The translations under genes were made by a program, and so were the position numbers. The notes beneath the pieces were generated by a model that was not told the DNA's origin, searched no databases, and saw nothing but the letters and a program-made list of their open reading frames with translations. From contig JAYWIR010000026.1 in the NCBI GenBank assembly GCA_036172245.1, positions 2,666,001 to 2,730,000 on the forward strand: a stretch of DNA of 64,000 bases, written 5' to 3'. Shown piece after piece: positions 63,198-64,000 of the stretch (its first letter is position 1; the number at the start of each line of letters is the position of its first letter). The DNA is from Raillietiella orientalis. Lineage: Eukaryota.

Positions 63198-64000
63198 TCC
63201 TATTAAGGAAAAATCTGAATAAACAGTTTCAGCATTTTGATCTAAGGTTATAGTGAGGTCAATCGTTCAGCATACTGTGCTTCCAAACAGCCGATGCGCG
63301 TGCTGTGAACAGATTGATTCATCTTTATAACACTGCCGGTGCTTTGGAGAAGAGGCACTTTCGGTGGGGCGGATTCTTGAGTGTCTCCCGTGAATTGCTT
63401 GTGTTCCCTCATCATTGCGTGGACGATTCGCCTTTCTTCCTCTCCTGAAAGGAAGCCGTAGTACTCATGATGCACTGGTGATTCCCGTCTAAGCAGCGAC
63501 GGCGTGGAGGATCTGGAGGGATTGGATCTACCAACTGTACGAGGTTACGATGGACAGAGTCCATTCTGCACCTGCTCTTCAGATGAGGTGTCCTGGAGGA
63601 ACTGTGGCGGGGGCTGACTGCTGCATTTTTACACCACACGTGCAGCGCCTGGGATATGCTAAGGAGGTTCTTTGCCCCGAGTGATCTCTCGACGGGAGCT
63701 CTTATTGCAGCATTGTGTTGCATGCGCGCCATCCTTGGGGCTGGACTGGTGTTAGAAACCACCACCTATCAAATGAAGTTACCGATATGAGAGCGTTTCA
63801 AAGGGGATTTGACAGGTAGAGGAAGGGAAGAGGATGACCGACATGCATAGCCTGTTGATGGACGGCATGGAACATGGTTCCAATGGTCATTGGCCCCACT
63901 TTCCTTTTCTTCATTTTTATTTCTCATATTCCCCACCCTCATTTCGTTCCGTAACTTTCATGGTGCTTTTGGTTTTCATCCCGATGCACACGGTGGAAAA

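Larger units (their letters stand above)
57540..64000 (+). repeat. Cassette copy D, paralogous to about 46890-53320
   Basis: Colinear; long stretches essentially identical (ORFs 49851..50165 and 60526..60840 translate identically). Confidence 0.95.

Overview
Eukaryotic genomic DNA with many short spliceosomal introns (about 35-70 nt, a few longer), so most ORFs in the six-frame track are exon fragments or antisense noise. I see no prokaryotic-type system (no operon, CRISPR array, rRNA or intact tRNA). The window has four layers. (1) A tandemly amplified cassette present four times: a minus-strand F-box-like gene, a divergently oriented plus-strand gene for a secreted protein with CUB-like domains, and a conserved 3' flank. 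The copies are mosaic and several show decay. (2) One apparently intact 9-exon gene (19642-23507, minus, 435 aa by my splicing) for a COG0523/CobW-type zinc-chaperone GTPase whose motifs look like the bacterial YciC/ZigA type rather than animal ZNG1/CBWD; one of its introns is GC-AG. (3) A spliced minus-strand gene fragment with a GPS-like autoproteolysis motif followed by a transmembrane helix (polycystin-1/adhesion-GPCR-like). (4) Many decayed L1/Tx1-like non-LTR retrotransposon fragments in both orientations. All assignments come from manual motif recognition and hand splicing; no database search was run and the organism is not identified.
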